The translations under genes were made by a program, and so were the position numbers. Below the pieces are notes generated by a model. The model was not told where the DNA came from, ran no database searches, and worked only from the letters and a program-made list of their open reading frames with translations. From assembly GCA_028534125.1 (NCBI GenBank), contig CM052817.1, positions 105,898,001-105,962,000 of the forward strand: a stretch of DNA of 64,000 bases, read 5' to 3'. The stretch comes from Lama glama. Lineage: Eukaryota. Shown piece by piece: positions 39,870 through 52,155 of this stretch. The number at the start of each line of letters is the position of its first letter. Position 1 is the stretch's first letter.

Positions 39870-40830
39870 AGTCTGAGTTGGGCGCGCCCACCTCCATCCC
39901 GCAATGGACACTTTAGTAGTTGCAACATCATCCCCTTGATAAGCTGTTAAGTCTTCAAAGGCGAAAGGAAGTACCTTCCCTTTTAGAAAACGGAGCCATT
40001 ACTTGGTGATGCTATTGTCAGGATCAAAATAAATCTGTCAAAACTGAAGAAACCATACCTGCCACAAACCAAACAGAGGGCCTATTTTGAAATAAGCTGT
40101 AAACTGGGCAGTGGGGAGGGGTTTGATTTCCCCATCAAGGAGGCGATACACTTTAAATCACAATTCACACTGAGACAAAAGTCAGAATGCCATTCTCAGC
40201 AACACTAAAACCTTTTTCTGCTATTTTGATGGAGAGCCCTGCGCGGCCTATAAATCAGACATAAACTTAGCGCACTGAGGCAGGCGCATGTACCCCTTTC
40301 ATGTATCTGATGCGCTGTACAGGAGGAATAAAACGCCATCAATCTTCACAAGCTCCGGTGCAGTAAGGTAAATTGCCAGTGCCCGATTCCCTTGCTCAGA
40401 TTTTTCATCTCAGATGCCAGGGAAGTAAAGTCTATAAAGAAAGCCTATTCAGAGTCTTTTCTCCCTCTTTTCTGTCAATTCTTTTATAACTTTTATTAAA
40501 AACTCCCTACCATTCTCCGTGCTCCATCTGCAGCTATATTCGTTGTCTCTGCTTCCTAACGACCAGGGGAGCATCTAAAGTCTGTGATGAAGGCAGAGCG
40601 GAGTTCTCAGTATCTGAGATGGAAGAGCGAATATTAACGAGAGGGACCGTAGGTCCGGGTGGACCGAGACAGCTCTGGATTAAGCCCGTGGCTCCAGGGT
40701 CCCCGTCTGGTTCCTGTCTTGGACCCACCAGCTTTCAGCCTGAAAAGTGCTGTGGTGTGAACGCAGGTTTGCATTGTCTTTCCTGCCAGAAACACCACCT
40801 CTGCTCTTCCCCAGGGAGTAGGTAGCATCT
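39870..40830 (+). promoter_or_regulatory. Candidate promoter or enhancer block (non-repeat, CpG-enriched, TATA box)
   Basis: gcgcggccTATAAA (TATA 40249-40254), locally raised CpG, donor-like site at 40368 and acceptor at 40533. Confidence 0.35.
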
Positions 40831-41674
40831 GACAATTTCTGAGCATAATGTCAAATCCATTCATTCGTTTATGAAATCGTGATCTGGAGAACTGTTTTCA
40901 TATAAAATGGGGATAATGGATTTCAAACGGGACCTCTTTTACTTTCAACAATTTCCCGTTTCAACTGAAAGAAAAAGGGGCAGGAAGAAAGTTTTTCCTT
41001 GTGTTGTATATGCTTCGTTATTGGTAGGAAAAATCCCTATAAATTTCAGAGGCATTTATTCTTATTAATTGTTCAGCTATTTAAATGTTTATGTTATCAG
41101 GCATGCTGAAAAAGAGATTAATAATCATGAAAAATCTTGGACATCAAGTATATTTAAATTTTAATTTTGAAATGTTGATATTGATAGTCATAAAAAAGGG
41201 ACATTATTTTCTTAAATTAATAAAGACTCTTACTTCGTTTCAAAAGATAGTTACTACTATATTTCAAATGTATATAATATTACAAATCATATCATTGATT
41301 ATATATGGTATAATGAGAAATAAAAAACTATAGCCAGCTATCTTTATATAAAATACTATTTTAAAATATACCACAAAATTTAACACTGTAATTCCAAAAA
41401 TTGGATAGTTTTCCTGTAGGTGTCTAATAAAATATGTTATTTGACCATTAGGAAAACTATGGTTATACAAGATCAAAACATTTTAAATGACAAACGGTAC
41501 GATTACTGTTAACATTCAATGATACTGAATTAAATATTTCATTTAGGCATTTCTGAAACATGTTTAATGTCTTTGGTTGAATAATATATTTTATTTTCCA
41601 CTAAAAAATTTTTCTTTTGGCTACTTATGTGTCCAAATCTGTGAAACCAGACTGGCCTGAATTTATAAGAGTTC

Positions 41675-42209
41675 TATTACCAAGTCCAAGCTCATACTGC
41701 TCACTGCAGGACAGGCCAGTACACTGAGATGAGTTGTTGGGGTGAGGAATAGTAACCTTATTCTAAAAGACAGCAGAGTGAGAAGATGGCAGACTAATGT
41801 CTCAAAGAACCATGTTCCTTGAATCAGAATTCAGGCTCTTTTCATACTAAAAAGGGGAGAAGGTATGCTTGGTTGCTGCAGACTTCTTGGTGTCAGACTC
41901 CTTTGTTCTTGGAATCCTTTGTTCTTGCAGCTGTCCACGTGGGTCAGGTCATGATGTCCCTGTAAACCATCAGTGAAACAAATGTTATTTTCTATTCTGC
42001 AGCTTGTTATCTTTATATAAATGGAAAAATGTTAATATCCTTAAAGGTCAGAGCCTTGAGGATGGGCTCTCCTGTCTATTTCAGGCTCCAGGCAACATTC
42101 TCTTACAAAAGGTGCAGAGCCAGCATGACTGAGCCCAGGAAACAGAGCACAGGGTTAGAGCCAGAGGAACAGATCTAATGTGGAGTCAGATTTGTTCTTC
42201 TCTATCACA
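41675..42209 (-). mobile_element. ERV1-class solo LTR (535 bp)
   Basis: Minus strand begins TGTGATAGAG; near-TSD gttc/gtac; degenerate poly(A) signal near the left end. Confidence 0.8.
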
Positions 42210-42603
42210 GTACAAGGGACTTCACAACACGGCAGTCAGAGAGTTGGTGGAGCTGCCAACCTGGGAGATGAACGTGGCCAAGTCCTGCCTTTAACTCAAA
42301 CCAGGCTGCGGTCAGTGGGAACGGCTTATAACCTGATTAAACACTGCATGCCGTGCGGACTGATGCTCTGTCTTCACTACAGTTGCTCAAAACTTCAGTC
42401 TTTGAAAGTACAAGGGAACATTTTTCACATGATTTATCTACTCAGTAAGTAACCAGAGCTGTTCTGATAGATGTCAGGGTCATAAGAAAACCTTAGCCTC
42501 TGAATACATAAGATATCCGAATTACCCAAATATTTTTCCCAGGTTAAAGAAAAAAAAAGGACTGTTCATTTTTCTACCTGTACGTACAGGTACAGACCAC
42601 CTC

Positions 42604-42606
<3 letters not shown>

Positions 42607-42638
<32 letters not shown>
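42607..42638. repeat. (GT)n microsatellite
   Basis: Pure GT array. Confidence 0.97.
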
Positions 42639-42639
<1 letters not shown>

Positions 42640-43727
42640 GGGTATATATTCAGTTTCTCCTCATTTTACTATATATGATATTGCTTCCTATGAGTTTTGA
42701 AGTTGCTTCTCTTCTCTCCCCATTCCCTGAGTCCTGTCACATTTCTTCTTGCATATTGGCTGTGATATCCTCAGCTTAGGTTTTTCCTGTTCCTGTGGTG
42801 CCACCGAAAAGGTCCCACCTCACATCCTTATCCTCCTCCTGTCCCTTTCACAGCAATGTTCTACCCTTCCTTGTTATTCAGTGTTTGTTGATGGAGGGTA
42901 GTGGTGGAGGAATTCTCTGTTTTTCTGAGTAAGTTACATCATGGGCAGGCCTGGAGTTCCTGATCTTATGGATGGTGGTCCCCTAGGCATCTTGGCCCTC
43001 TCAGATGGTATTTCTAGCTGTAGTGCACATCCCTGCCTCTCTCCTACAAGTTCAATGTTTGATATTTTAGACAGCTCTTTGCCCCAGCTGCACAGAGCCC
43101 TAAGGACCACAGGGTTTGTTACCTTCCTTCAATAAAAGTAACACTTTTATTCCATAGGATAAATGGGGAAGAACCATTCAGGCTGACTTTCCTGAAGCTC
43201 CCTCATTGGTTGCTGTGCCCCTCCTCCAGGTCTAAAACACAAAGAATACTCTCTTTGAACAATGAGCAACTGGATCTAATCATGGGAATTAACTTTACCT
43301 TTATATTCCAAATTAGAAACATTGTTCAAATTTGAAATATAGGCATCCATTAGCTATCCATCAAAGATAGTTATCAAGCAAAAAATAGAGCTGATATTTG
43401 TGCTGCATAAAGAATTCAAAAAATATTACTTAATTGAAAGACAATAGATGAATATTCCCAAACTACTCTATTAAGGAAAATTGTTTTGAAGAAATAGGAA
43501 ATATGAATTATAGGCAAAAATAGGCTGTGTTTTGATAATTTAATTACATGAAAAAATTAAAAAGCATCACCATTTCTATCCTTTATTGAAGACATAAAAG
43601 TAAATAAAATAGCTACTTTTCCCATAGGTACTAGAGTCTTATTTAAATATGACTTGTGCATCCTAAAGAAATCTTGTCACTGGGCTTTCCAAAAATTTTG
43701 TCTTGAGAGAATGCACAAAAGTCTCTG

Positions 43728-44169
43728 TGAAGTGGAAGGAAAGGGGGAGGGCACAACCATCGAAGGAATGACGCAGCCATTGAGGACAGGACGGACAGGT
43801 TGAAACCAAGATGGCAGAAGATACAACTTTCAGTAGACCTTGAGCCTCACTGCACATCCACAGGTGTCATGACAATGCCTAGGTTGACCATAAAAGGTCC
43901 AAAAATAAGTGGAGGGGTCATTTCCTGGAAATCCTCACCCCTTCCCCAAAGTAGTTGGAATAATCCTCCTACTCATTAGCATATGCAATTACAGAACCAA
44001 TAAAACCTAATGACTCCACACCTTGTGGTCACTCTCTCTCTCGCCTTCTGAGGAAGCCTGCACTCTGTCTATGGGGTGTGTATCTCTCTAAATAAACTTG
44101 CTTTTACTTCACCATGCTTTGTTCTTGAATTCTTTCTTGAGCAAGGCAAGAACCTATTCTCCCACAACA
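43728..44169 (+). mobile_element. MER41-like ERV1 solo LTR
   Basis: TG...CA termini; TSD tctg at 43724-43727 and 44170-44173; MER41 hallmarks aaaccaagatggc, ctgtctatgg, aataaacttgctttt, gaattctttctt...caagaacc. Confidence 0.9.
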
Positions 44170-44184
44170 TCTGTAAAAATTATT

Positions 44185-44600
44185 TATTTTATTCAATATA
44201 TACTGAACAAATATTTAGTGAGAGACAACTGTAAGTCACCTGTTCACCAGGTAGAGGGTTAGATCAGTGAACGCCAACAACAAAAGTCAAAGTCTTGACC
44301 CTTACATAACTTACCATATTCTAGTAGAAGGAAAGGAAGAAACAAGTTAATGCAGACTATGACATCAGGTGTTGATGACAACTATGAGGAAATGCAAAGT
44401 GGAGTGAGAAGAGACAACGTGCTTAATGAGAGGGGGTTCTATTTTAGACACAGTGATGACCAATGCCCCCACGCTTCCCGGAGACTCTGAGGAGTTGGCA
44501 TTTGAAGAGACATGAATCCACTGAGAGTCTAGACCAGGGAATCTTTTGAAGGACTGTTGCAAGACAGAGGGTGCAAGTACAATGAGATGCTGAGGTTAAT
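44185..44600 (-). mobile_element. L2 3' fragment
   Basis: aacaaatatttagtgag...cagtgaac...ttctagtag...tctgaggagttggcatttga, antisense L2a motifs. Confidence 0.75.
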
Positions 44601-44669
44601 GTAAAAAGAATGTGAGGAAAGAAGGATTATAGAAAGTGAAATATTCTCTAAAATAAAATATTAACTCGA

Positions 44670-44800
44670 TCTTTATAACAACCCTAAAACTATTACTTAC
44701 AAATGAGAAAACGCAGGCACATTAGTAATAAGCAAGAGATCATTCATCTTGTAAATGTCTGAGTTTTGACTCAATTCCATAGTTTCAATATTGGCTACAA
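44670..44800 (-). mobile_element. MIR fragment
   Basis: acaaccct...ttacaaatgagaaaacgcaggcac...gtaaatg. Confidence 0.5.
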
Positions 44801-44957
44801 CACTATAGATTATTCACCTCCATTCATTCTTTTCTTTCACCACTAACTGCTTTGTAATGTCCCTGGTTTCTTGAAGCCCCCAGCACTAAGCTCATTACTT
44901 TCATATACCTGAAATATATTCCATATTTATTACACTCTGTTCAATATCTTTGGACCT

Positions 44958-45110
44958 AAGTAAGACCCTGTGTGCCCTCCTGGACACAAAGCCTTTCTGT
45001 GGTGTCCTCAGTTTCTGATTTGCAGGATGAAGGCTCCAACCTCCTAGACCACCCTGAGTTCCAAGGGGCAGATTCAAACCGTTGCCCATCAGGGCGACAG
45101 CTAGACACCC
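44958..45110 (+). mobile_element. Truncated 5' part of an ERV1 LTR, related to the LTR at 55521
   Basis: gaccctgtgtgccctcctggacac...ccctgagttccaaggggcagattcaa parallels 55533-55640. Confidence 0.5.
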
Positions 45111-45938
45111 TTTCAGGTACACAGATGTCGCTGGGACCCTTGTTCCCCTTCCACTAAACTAGCATTTTCTTTCTTAGCTGAAATTGATATTTCTCCTTGA
45201 CTACAATATATATATTTTTAATCACCTCATATCTTCTATTTTAAAATTTTATTTTTTGATTACATTTCTTGTTTCTATTTATTTTAAGAAGAAAATGGGA
45301 GTTTCCCAAATTCATTATTTTGACAAATGAGAAATAAAATACTTGGGTAGAAGTTTGAATATTAAATGTATATTTGATGTCTTTAGCATTATAGGAAAAG
45401 AGGAAACATACACATTCATATAGTTCATTGTTCCTCAGATTAAAAAAATTTAAGGTAAAATATACATCAGGTGTTGTACTTCCTTTAAGGTCTATATTTC
45501 ATGGGCAATAAATGGGGAGTGGCAGACAGGAGGAAGACACTATGAAATGCTATGAGATCAGGACCAAATGTTAGAAGATGCTATAAAGCCATCTTTGAAG
45601 GATGATAAATGAAAAATGAAATTTGGTTTAGGCTGGGTAAACCTTGGCTTAAAAGGAAAATGGTTTGGTTTAGAAAAACCACTGAAGCATGTCTGTGCTG
45701 TGTGATAATAAGGCTCTGAAACGCAGTTGGCCAAGGGACATGGAAGAGACCGTTTTCCAAAGCTCAGAAAATGCTACTGCCTACGGGTTTCAGTCTCTTA
45801 ATCTAGACGGTGGATTTTTAATCTCGATTGTGAGAAAAAGCGAGAAGCAAAAGTTGATGCTATATTTCTAACTCAATTGACAGGAAGGTGAAATAAATTA
45901 AATGTCTCACCTGGTTTCCCAACCTTTCATACACAAAG

Positions 45939-46385
45939 TTTTTTTTGTTTGCTTTGTTTTGTTCTTGTTTTTAATTTTTTATTGAAGTATACTTGATTTA
46001 ACATGTTGTGTTAGTTTCTTATACATACATATATTCTTTTCAGATTCTTTTTTCATTGTAGGTTATTATGAACTATTGAATATAGTTCCCTGTGCTATAT
46101 GGTGGGATCTTGTTGTTTATCATAAAAAAAAGAATGAAATAAGGCCATTTGCAGCAACATGGATGGACCTACAGATTATCATACTGAGTGAAGTCAGTCA
46201 AACTGAGTAAGACAAATACCATATGATGACACTTATATGTGGAATATAAAAACAAAAAAAAAGACACAAATTAACTTACTTACAAAACAGAAACAGGCTC
46301 ACAGGCATAGAAAACAAACTAATGGTTACTGGGGGAAAAGGGGCTGGGAGGGAGAAATTAAGATTTGGGGAGTCCCAGATACAAA
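45939..46385 (-). mobile_element. Young L1 with 5' inversion
   Basis: Minus-strand tail and 3' end 45939-46120 joined directly to plus-strand upstream L1 segment 46121-46385. Confidence 0.9.
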
Positions 46386-46986
46386 CACTAAATTTTAATC
46401 TAACAGTCAGTCACTTGACTCTATTCACTCCTGCTAACTACTAACTATTAATATCACTTGTGCCAATCATAACCCTGCCAAAAATTCATGTAGACATCGG
46501 GTAAGAAGTAGTACACATTTATGCTTCTTTATTTACACACATGCATATAAAATAGGGTTGGAGGGTGTTTTCATAGTAGTCGTAAGAAAACAAAACACAA
46601 CGATGTATTAGACGATGAGTGTTACATTTTCCCCACCCAATATCATCCACACTATAATCAGTGGGACACCAGTTAACTGCTGCTATGTTAATACACCAGT
46701 GCAAAACTTGGGGGTTTAACACAATGAACACTTACTTAGCTCGTGAGTCGCTGAGTCACTGTGAGCCTGGCAGGTCTGGGCTGGCCTGCGTCACACACCT
46801 GCTGCAGTCAGCTTGAGGGGAGACGGTGGGGAGGGTGTGTAGCTGCAAAAACTGAGGAGTTTCAGCTTTACCAACTTTACACGGCTCTCTGATGTGCCGT
46901 GGCTGGGATGGATCAGCAGACTGACCCCTGACTCTGCTCCATTCAGTCTGTCATCTTCCCAGAATCTAGTCTGGCTGCATTCGTGT

Positions 46987-47949
46987 CGTTAAGAAGAAAC
47001 CACAAGCCCAAAATGGTGCCACTTGTGCTAAAGCCCAGGAGAGCAAACCTGGACTTAATATCTGACTTGACTGCAGTTCCAACCTGCCCAGAAAGGCCAC
47101 CTTAACCAACCAGCTGGAATTTTGTGGTCCGCCCCAATGAGGTCATCTGTCACGAGGGCCCCTTCTATCCCCAGAGGAAGAAGAGGCCATTCGCATGATA
47201 AAGCCCTAGCCCTTCCCTTCTTCCTCTCCACCCTCATCCCCAAAGAAGATGTCCGGGCCTAAAAATAATTCTTTTATTTTGTTAATAGCTCCCTTGCCCA
47301 CTCTTCTTCCTGTAAAAACCTTCCATTTTGTACAACCCTTTGGAGCTCCTGTCTAGTTGCTAGGTAAGATGTTGCCTGGCTCGTGAATTCTTGAATTCAG
47401 GTAATTAAAGCTTCCAATTTACTTGGTTGTGAGACAGGAAGGAAGGGACAGGGCACAACCATTAAAACAACTGACACAGCCATTGAGGATAAGACATAAG
47501 CTGGTTAGAACCAACTGGGCCCAAGATGGTGGAAGACTTGACTTCTAGTAGATCCTTAGCCTCATGCCCTCATTACAATAAAATTAGCCTTGCAGATAAG
47601 AAGTACCCATCATGCACCGATGCCATGACGCTTCCAAACCAGCCTAAATAAGGACAAAAAAAAATCTCTCCTCCCTTTGGGAAGGTGGAGTTGGGATGAA
47701 AATCAGAAAATACAACCCCAAACCCTTTCTTCCTCAATGAATTATTCACCCATTCATTTTTACACTTTGTGTAGCCAACTTGCCACAAAAACTCAGGGCA
47801 GTTGCTCACCAGAGTCTCTCCCACCGGGAGCATCCTATCACTTCATCCTCACTTTACCTTCTTGTCCTCCGTGTCTCATTTCTGAATTCTTTCTGCAACT
47901 AGACAAGAATGCACTCTCCAGTAACAGTTGGATTTTTCTTTTTCTAACA
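46987..47949 (+). mobile_element. ERV1-class solo LTR, nested in MLT1 and itself interrupted
   Basis: (c)gttaa...ctaaca termini; TSD gtgt at 46983-46986 and 47950-47953. Confidence 0.8.
47430..47926 (+). mobile_element. MER41-like ERV1 solo LTR (innermost of the nest)
   Basis: tgagac...gtaaca termini; TSD gttg at 47426-47429 and 47927-47930; ccaagatgg, gccatgac, gaattctttct motifs. Confidence 0.9.
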
Positions 47950-49263
47950 GTGTGGAGGTTTCAGGAGTCCAAAAAAAAAGCAAGCAGAGACATGCAAGTA
48001 AGTCCTCCTGAGTCTGAAGGAGGAAGTCATATAACATTATTGGCCTCTCTTTTAGCCAAAGCCAGCCACGATACCAGCTCAAAGTCAAGGAGTACGGCAA
48101 GATTCTCTACCTCTTAAAAAAAAAAAAAAAAAAAAGACCTGCAAAGTCACTCTCCAAAGTGCATAGTCATAAAAAAGCATGCATAATGGTGGCTACTTTT
48201 TCAATCTACCAGAGTTGGCCTTTCATAATTGTAGAGAAACAATTAGCAACTTTCCTTAGGCACTTGCTGCTCTGAGGTTTCTCTTAAAGAATCAAGAGAC
48301 TTTTGTCTAGCTCATTATAATATTAGGAGCAATGCATCGCATTAAGCTTCCATTTGCCTGCATATACTTTGATATTTTTTTTTTCCTGCCACCTCTGTGG
48401 CATACCTAACAACTTGTACCCTTGGGCTTTGCCTCCTCTGGATGTTACTAATCTGCAATAAAGTGTGCTCATTACTACCCTAATGCAGCAGTTAATTGAA
48501 TTTCAGTACTAGTCTAATCCAACCAAGGTCATCTTAAGTCAACCTCTATTTTGACAAGAATCTATTAGCATCAAGAAACATCAGGCTGTTGATAGCTATA
48601 TTTTAAGTTTGGTTATTTTCATTTTTTTCTCTCTCCTTACATCTTAGTAAATGGAAACACATATCAAACCTTACAGTTATGAATTAGAATGTCTTTCCTA
48701 GTAAATGACTTATTGATGCTGAAGTGATTAACCTTTCATTAAAATTTGATATAAAATTCTTCCATCCATATATCTATGTTTATTACTCAAGCCCCGAAGG
48801 AAAATACATCAAATATAGGACAGCTGGGTTGGTTTTTTTTTGAACACTTTTGCATCTCAGAGACTCATAAAATCTGGGATTTTCTGATTCCTCCTCCACT
48901 CTATCTACTTAATCATAAAAAAGAACAGTTTCCATAAATGAACACACACTTTCTTGAACTGTATCCTATGCCAACCTTTAGGACAGATACATGACATTAA
49001 CTAAGGTGGCATTCTATAATTCCCATGTAACATCTAAATCGAGAAGAAAAAGTGAATCTTTTATTTTGTTTTTTAATTGGAAAATATATTTGTTAATTTT
49101 GAAAAGAAAGTTATATCTATACTATTGATGTCCAGCTTACTTTAACTATGATTTCAGAACATATTTATAATCTCACACTTAAACATTATTTAAATTTATG
49201 CTATGTTTGAGGAGATCATCAATTTTATAAATTTTTCTTTTGTAGTTTCAAAGTATATATGTA

Positions 49264-49330
49264 TTTTTTAATGAAGTACAGTCAGTCACAATGTGTCAGT
49301 TTCTGACGTGGCATATAATATTTTAGTTTT
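49264..49330 (-). mobile_element. Short L1 3' tail
   Basis: ttttttaatgaagtacagtcagtcacaatgtgtcagtttctg matches the young L1 terminus at 3855. Confidence 0.75.
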
Positions 49331-50261
49331 GAATCAACGTAGTGCATAACTTTGTATATCTTTTTGTATATCTCTGACATAGTCGGCACATATTGCATAA
49401 GGGACCTATTTTTTTAGGAACTGGATGTAAGGCGGTGTCACAACTTCAGTGACTAAGAGAAGATATGTGTCTCGATCTGAAGGAGACTTTCAAAGCCTCT
49501 GCCTACATAGTCCTTCAGATCCTCGGGGGTTGAGGTCCTCTGATCACAACACAGCTGTTAACTAACACAGTCATCACCTTTTACCTTGTCTTCTGCTTTG
49601 ACTCTGCTTATCTTTGATGAAATTCACTCTAAAAGCCAGCCAACTCCCTAGCTAATATTCAGCAGGCTAAAGACGTTCCAAACTGTCTGCAGTGCTTGCT
49701 TTACTGTTTCTGTCACCGGTGCCAGGGCAGTGCCGGTGATACTGGATGATGTCCACTGAAGTGTGATTAGATCGACATCAGGCTCCTGTGAATCTGCTTC
49801 ACTGATAGGAACAGAATCCCTTCCCCTCTGCTCTAAGCCATTACATTAGTTAAAAAAAAAGCTGTTTTATTTGCCAGACTTTAGAGAATTTGCGGTGCTA
49901 TCAGCATTTTTATAAAACAACCAAAGAAAAGAAAATCTCAACTCTGGTCCTCTCTCTCTGCCTTCCCAGTCCCTTCCCCTGCTCCTCCGCGTTCTTTACA
50001 GAAATGAGGCTGGACCTGAGAACAATCTGAGTTTGGGACACCGTGCTGTACTTGGATACAATGACCAATAACCATTGTTAAATTAAGAAACTACTAAGTG
50101 CATGGTTTTCTTTCCAGGTGATTTCCTAGACTTTGCCAGTTATAAAACCTAGATGACTTAAGATAATCGCAATGAGTTTTGGGAATATACTACCTTTTTA
50201 CTCAGGTCTTGATCGTGAAAATGAGTTTATGGCAACTCATGAAACAACATTCCATTAGGAA

Positions 50262-50604
50262 TTTCTTCCAGCTTTATTGAGATATAATCGACATAAAACT
50301 TGTCCAAGTTTAAGGTGTACAATGCAATAAGTTGACATCTTTATATCTTGCAAAATGATTACTGCAATAAGGTTAAGTAACACATTCATCACCGCATACA
50401 TTTACTTCTTTGTGATAAGAACATTTAAGATCTTCTTTCTTAGCAACCTGTAAGTATATAATATGTTGTTAACTGTAGTCACCTTGCTGTAAATGAGAGC
50501 CCCGGGACTTACTCACCTTTTAACCTACTCTTTGACCACCATCACCCATTTCCCCCTACCCCTAGCCTCTGGCAACCTCCACTCTGCTCTTTGTTTGTAT
50601 GAAT
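50262..50604 (-). mobile_element. L1MA9/L1MB-like 3' end
   Basis: gctttattgagatataat...aagaacatttaagatct...cctctggcaacc; TSD ttccattag(g/c)aat on both sides. Confidence 0.85.
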
Positions 50605-50869
50605 TTTCCATTAGCAATGTTTTAAGCTGATGCCACATGTAGCAGGATTAGCCCTTCTGACCTGCAAAGTGAAGAATGAGGCTAAAAGTATTTGTTTCTC
50701 TTTGTTGCACAAATAATAGAAGGAGAGAAATAGTTGAACAAAGCATCATTAGGTCAAGTTGCAATTTCCAGCTATGGAATGCATTTATTTGATAATACAT
50801 AATACCACTTGGAATCAAGTTTTTAATATAAAATGAATGAGGAAAGACAATTACTTTTTTCTCAATAAC

Positions 50870-51010
50870 TCAACATGAGTCTCTAGTCTGGAAGCATGCC
50901 AGGCAATGGGAACACAATAAAGGGCAAAATAGATTTGGTTTCTGCCCTTCATGTACCTGTATCTTAACAGTAAAGACAGATATTAATGAAAATATCTTGA
51001 CTATCATGAA
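50870..51010 (-). mobile_element. L2 fragment
   Basis: atgccaggca...gggaacaca...tctgcccttcatg...agacagatatt. Confidence 0.5.
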
Positions 51011-51538
51011 TATGCTTCATATATTTGGAAAGAGCAGATGGAGTAGAAGTGATTAATTGTGTAACGGGGATTAAATGTAGTCAGTAGAGTTGGGCAAGGT
51101 GTAGTCCCCATCTACTGATGTGTTTGTTCGCCATGACTTTCTCCCATACTGGGACATGAATACACAGCGAGTGGTCAAATACTTGGTTGTGACCTGAAGA
51201 GGGATAGCCAGAAGTTCCCTGAAATGTTTCGGATAGAATTAGAGTGCAATTAACTTTTTTTGTCATCTTTGGTAGCGACTCTGAGTGTATCAACCCAAAA
51301 AATCCCATGGTCCCTTGGAACACAATGGAAGACTCTGTGTCTTAGAAGAGAATGTAATTGATGTTGAGACATTAAGCTGATTCTGCAAATGTTGGAAAAC
51401 CACAAACTGAACTCAATTACAGTCAATGGGATGAAATGTCAGCGCTGAAGTCAAGGAGGGAGGCTGGGACACCACTGATGGAAGAGTTGACAGGAAGGGC
51501 AGACAGTACAGATGAAATCTGTTCCTCCTCCAGACTCT

Positions 51539-51557
51539 CTAGTGCCCCCTTGTGGCA
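51539..51557 (-). promoter_or_regulatory. Candidate CTCF binding site
   Basis: Minus strand TGCCACAAGGGGGCACTAG versus core consensus CCASYAGRKGGCRS. Confidence 0.5.
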
Positions 51558-52067
51558 GAGACTAGGACATTAGCACACTTTCAAAGCAAAAATGTGCCTT
51601 GTGGAATTTCAGCCCCAACATCCTGAAGTTGAATATAGTATGAGGCAGAGAGACAAAACTTAAGGACTAAATTAGCCCCTTAACTATTTTAGTAACTTAG
51701 CAAATCCTGTGAAGTTCTCTTACACAGAAAACACCAGACCCAGACAGTTTTACAAGACAGTTCCAACAGCCAAAGGATTAAACACTGATAGAGAAAAGAC
51801 AAAAAGGGAATTATTCCTTCTATGCTAATTCAGTTGGAATAGTCTAGATAGTAAAGCCAGACAAGGCCAGTATGAGAAAAGAAAAATCACAGCCTTAAAT
51901 CTAACTTAAAAAAATTTTTTTGACATGAAGAGAACATGATAATGAAAACAAAAGGACTGGCAAAAGAGGGAATTGAAATCACAAAACAGTTCCTGGTTCA
52001 CAGCAACAACAGAGTCAGCTGGTGGGGTCTGAAAACCTCCTTGACCTGGCCGCCGAGCAAGTGCTTC

Positions 52068-52155
52068 GTGCATCTGTTTCCTATTTCTGTTATAACAAAT
52101 TTCCACAGATTTACTGGCTTAGGACAGTAGAAGTTATTCTTTCCCAGTTCTGGAG
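52068..52155 (-). mobile_element. MLT1 LTR 3'-end fragment
   Basis: tttcctatttctgttataacaaatttccacag...tggctta...cagttctggag. Confidence 0.6.

Larger units (their letters stand above)
46670..48211 (-). mobile_element. Old MLT1 (MaLR) LTR split by two nested LTRs
   Basis: Left part 46670-46986 (cagttaactgctgctatg...ctctgctcc) and right part 47950-48211 (ttagccaaagccagccac...agtcaaggag...caatctacca). Confidence 0.7.

Noticed and set aside
47677..48117. 146-aa ORF
   Set aside because: Runs across three nested LTR junctions; chance ORF.
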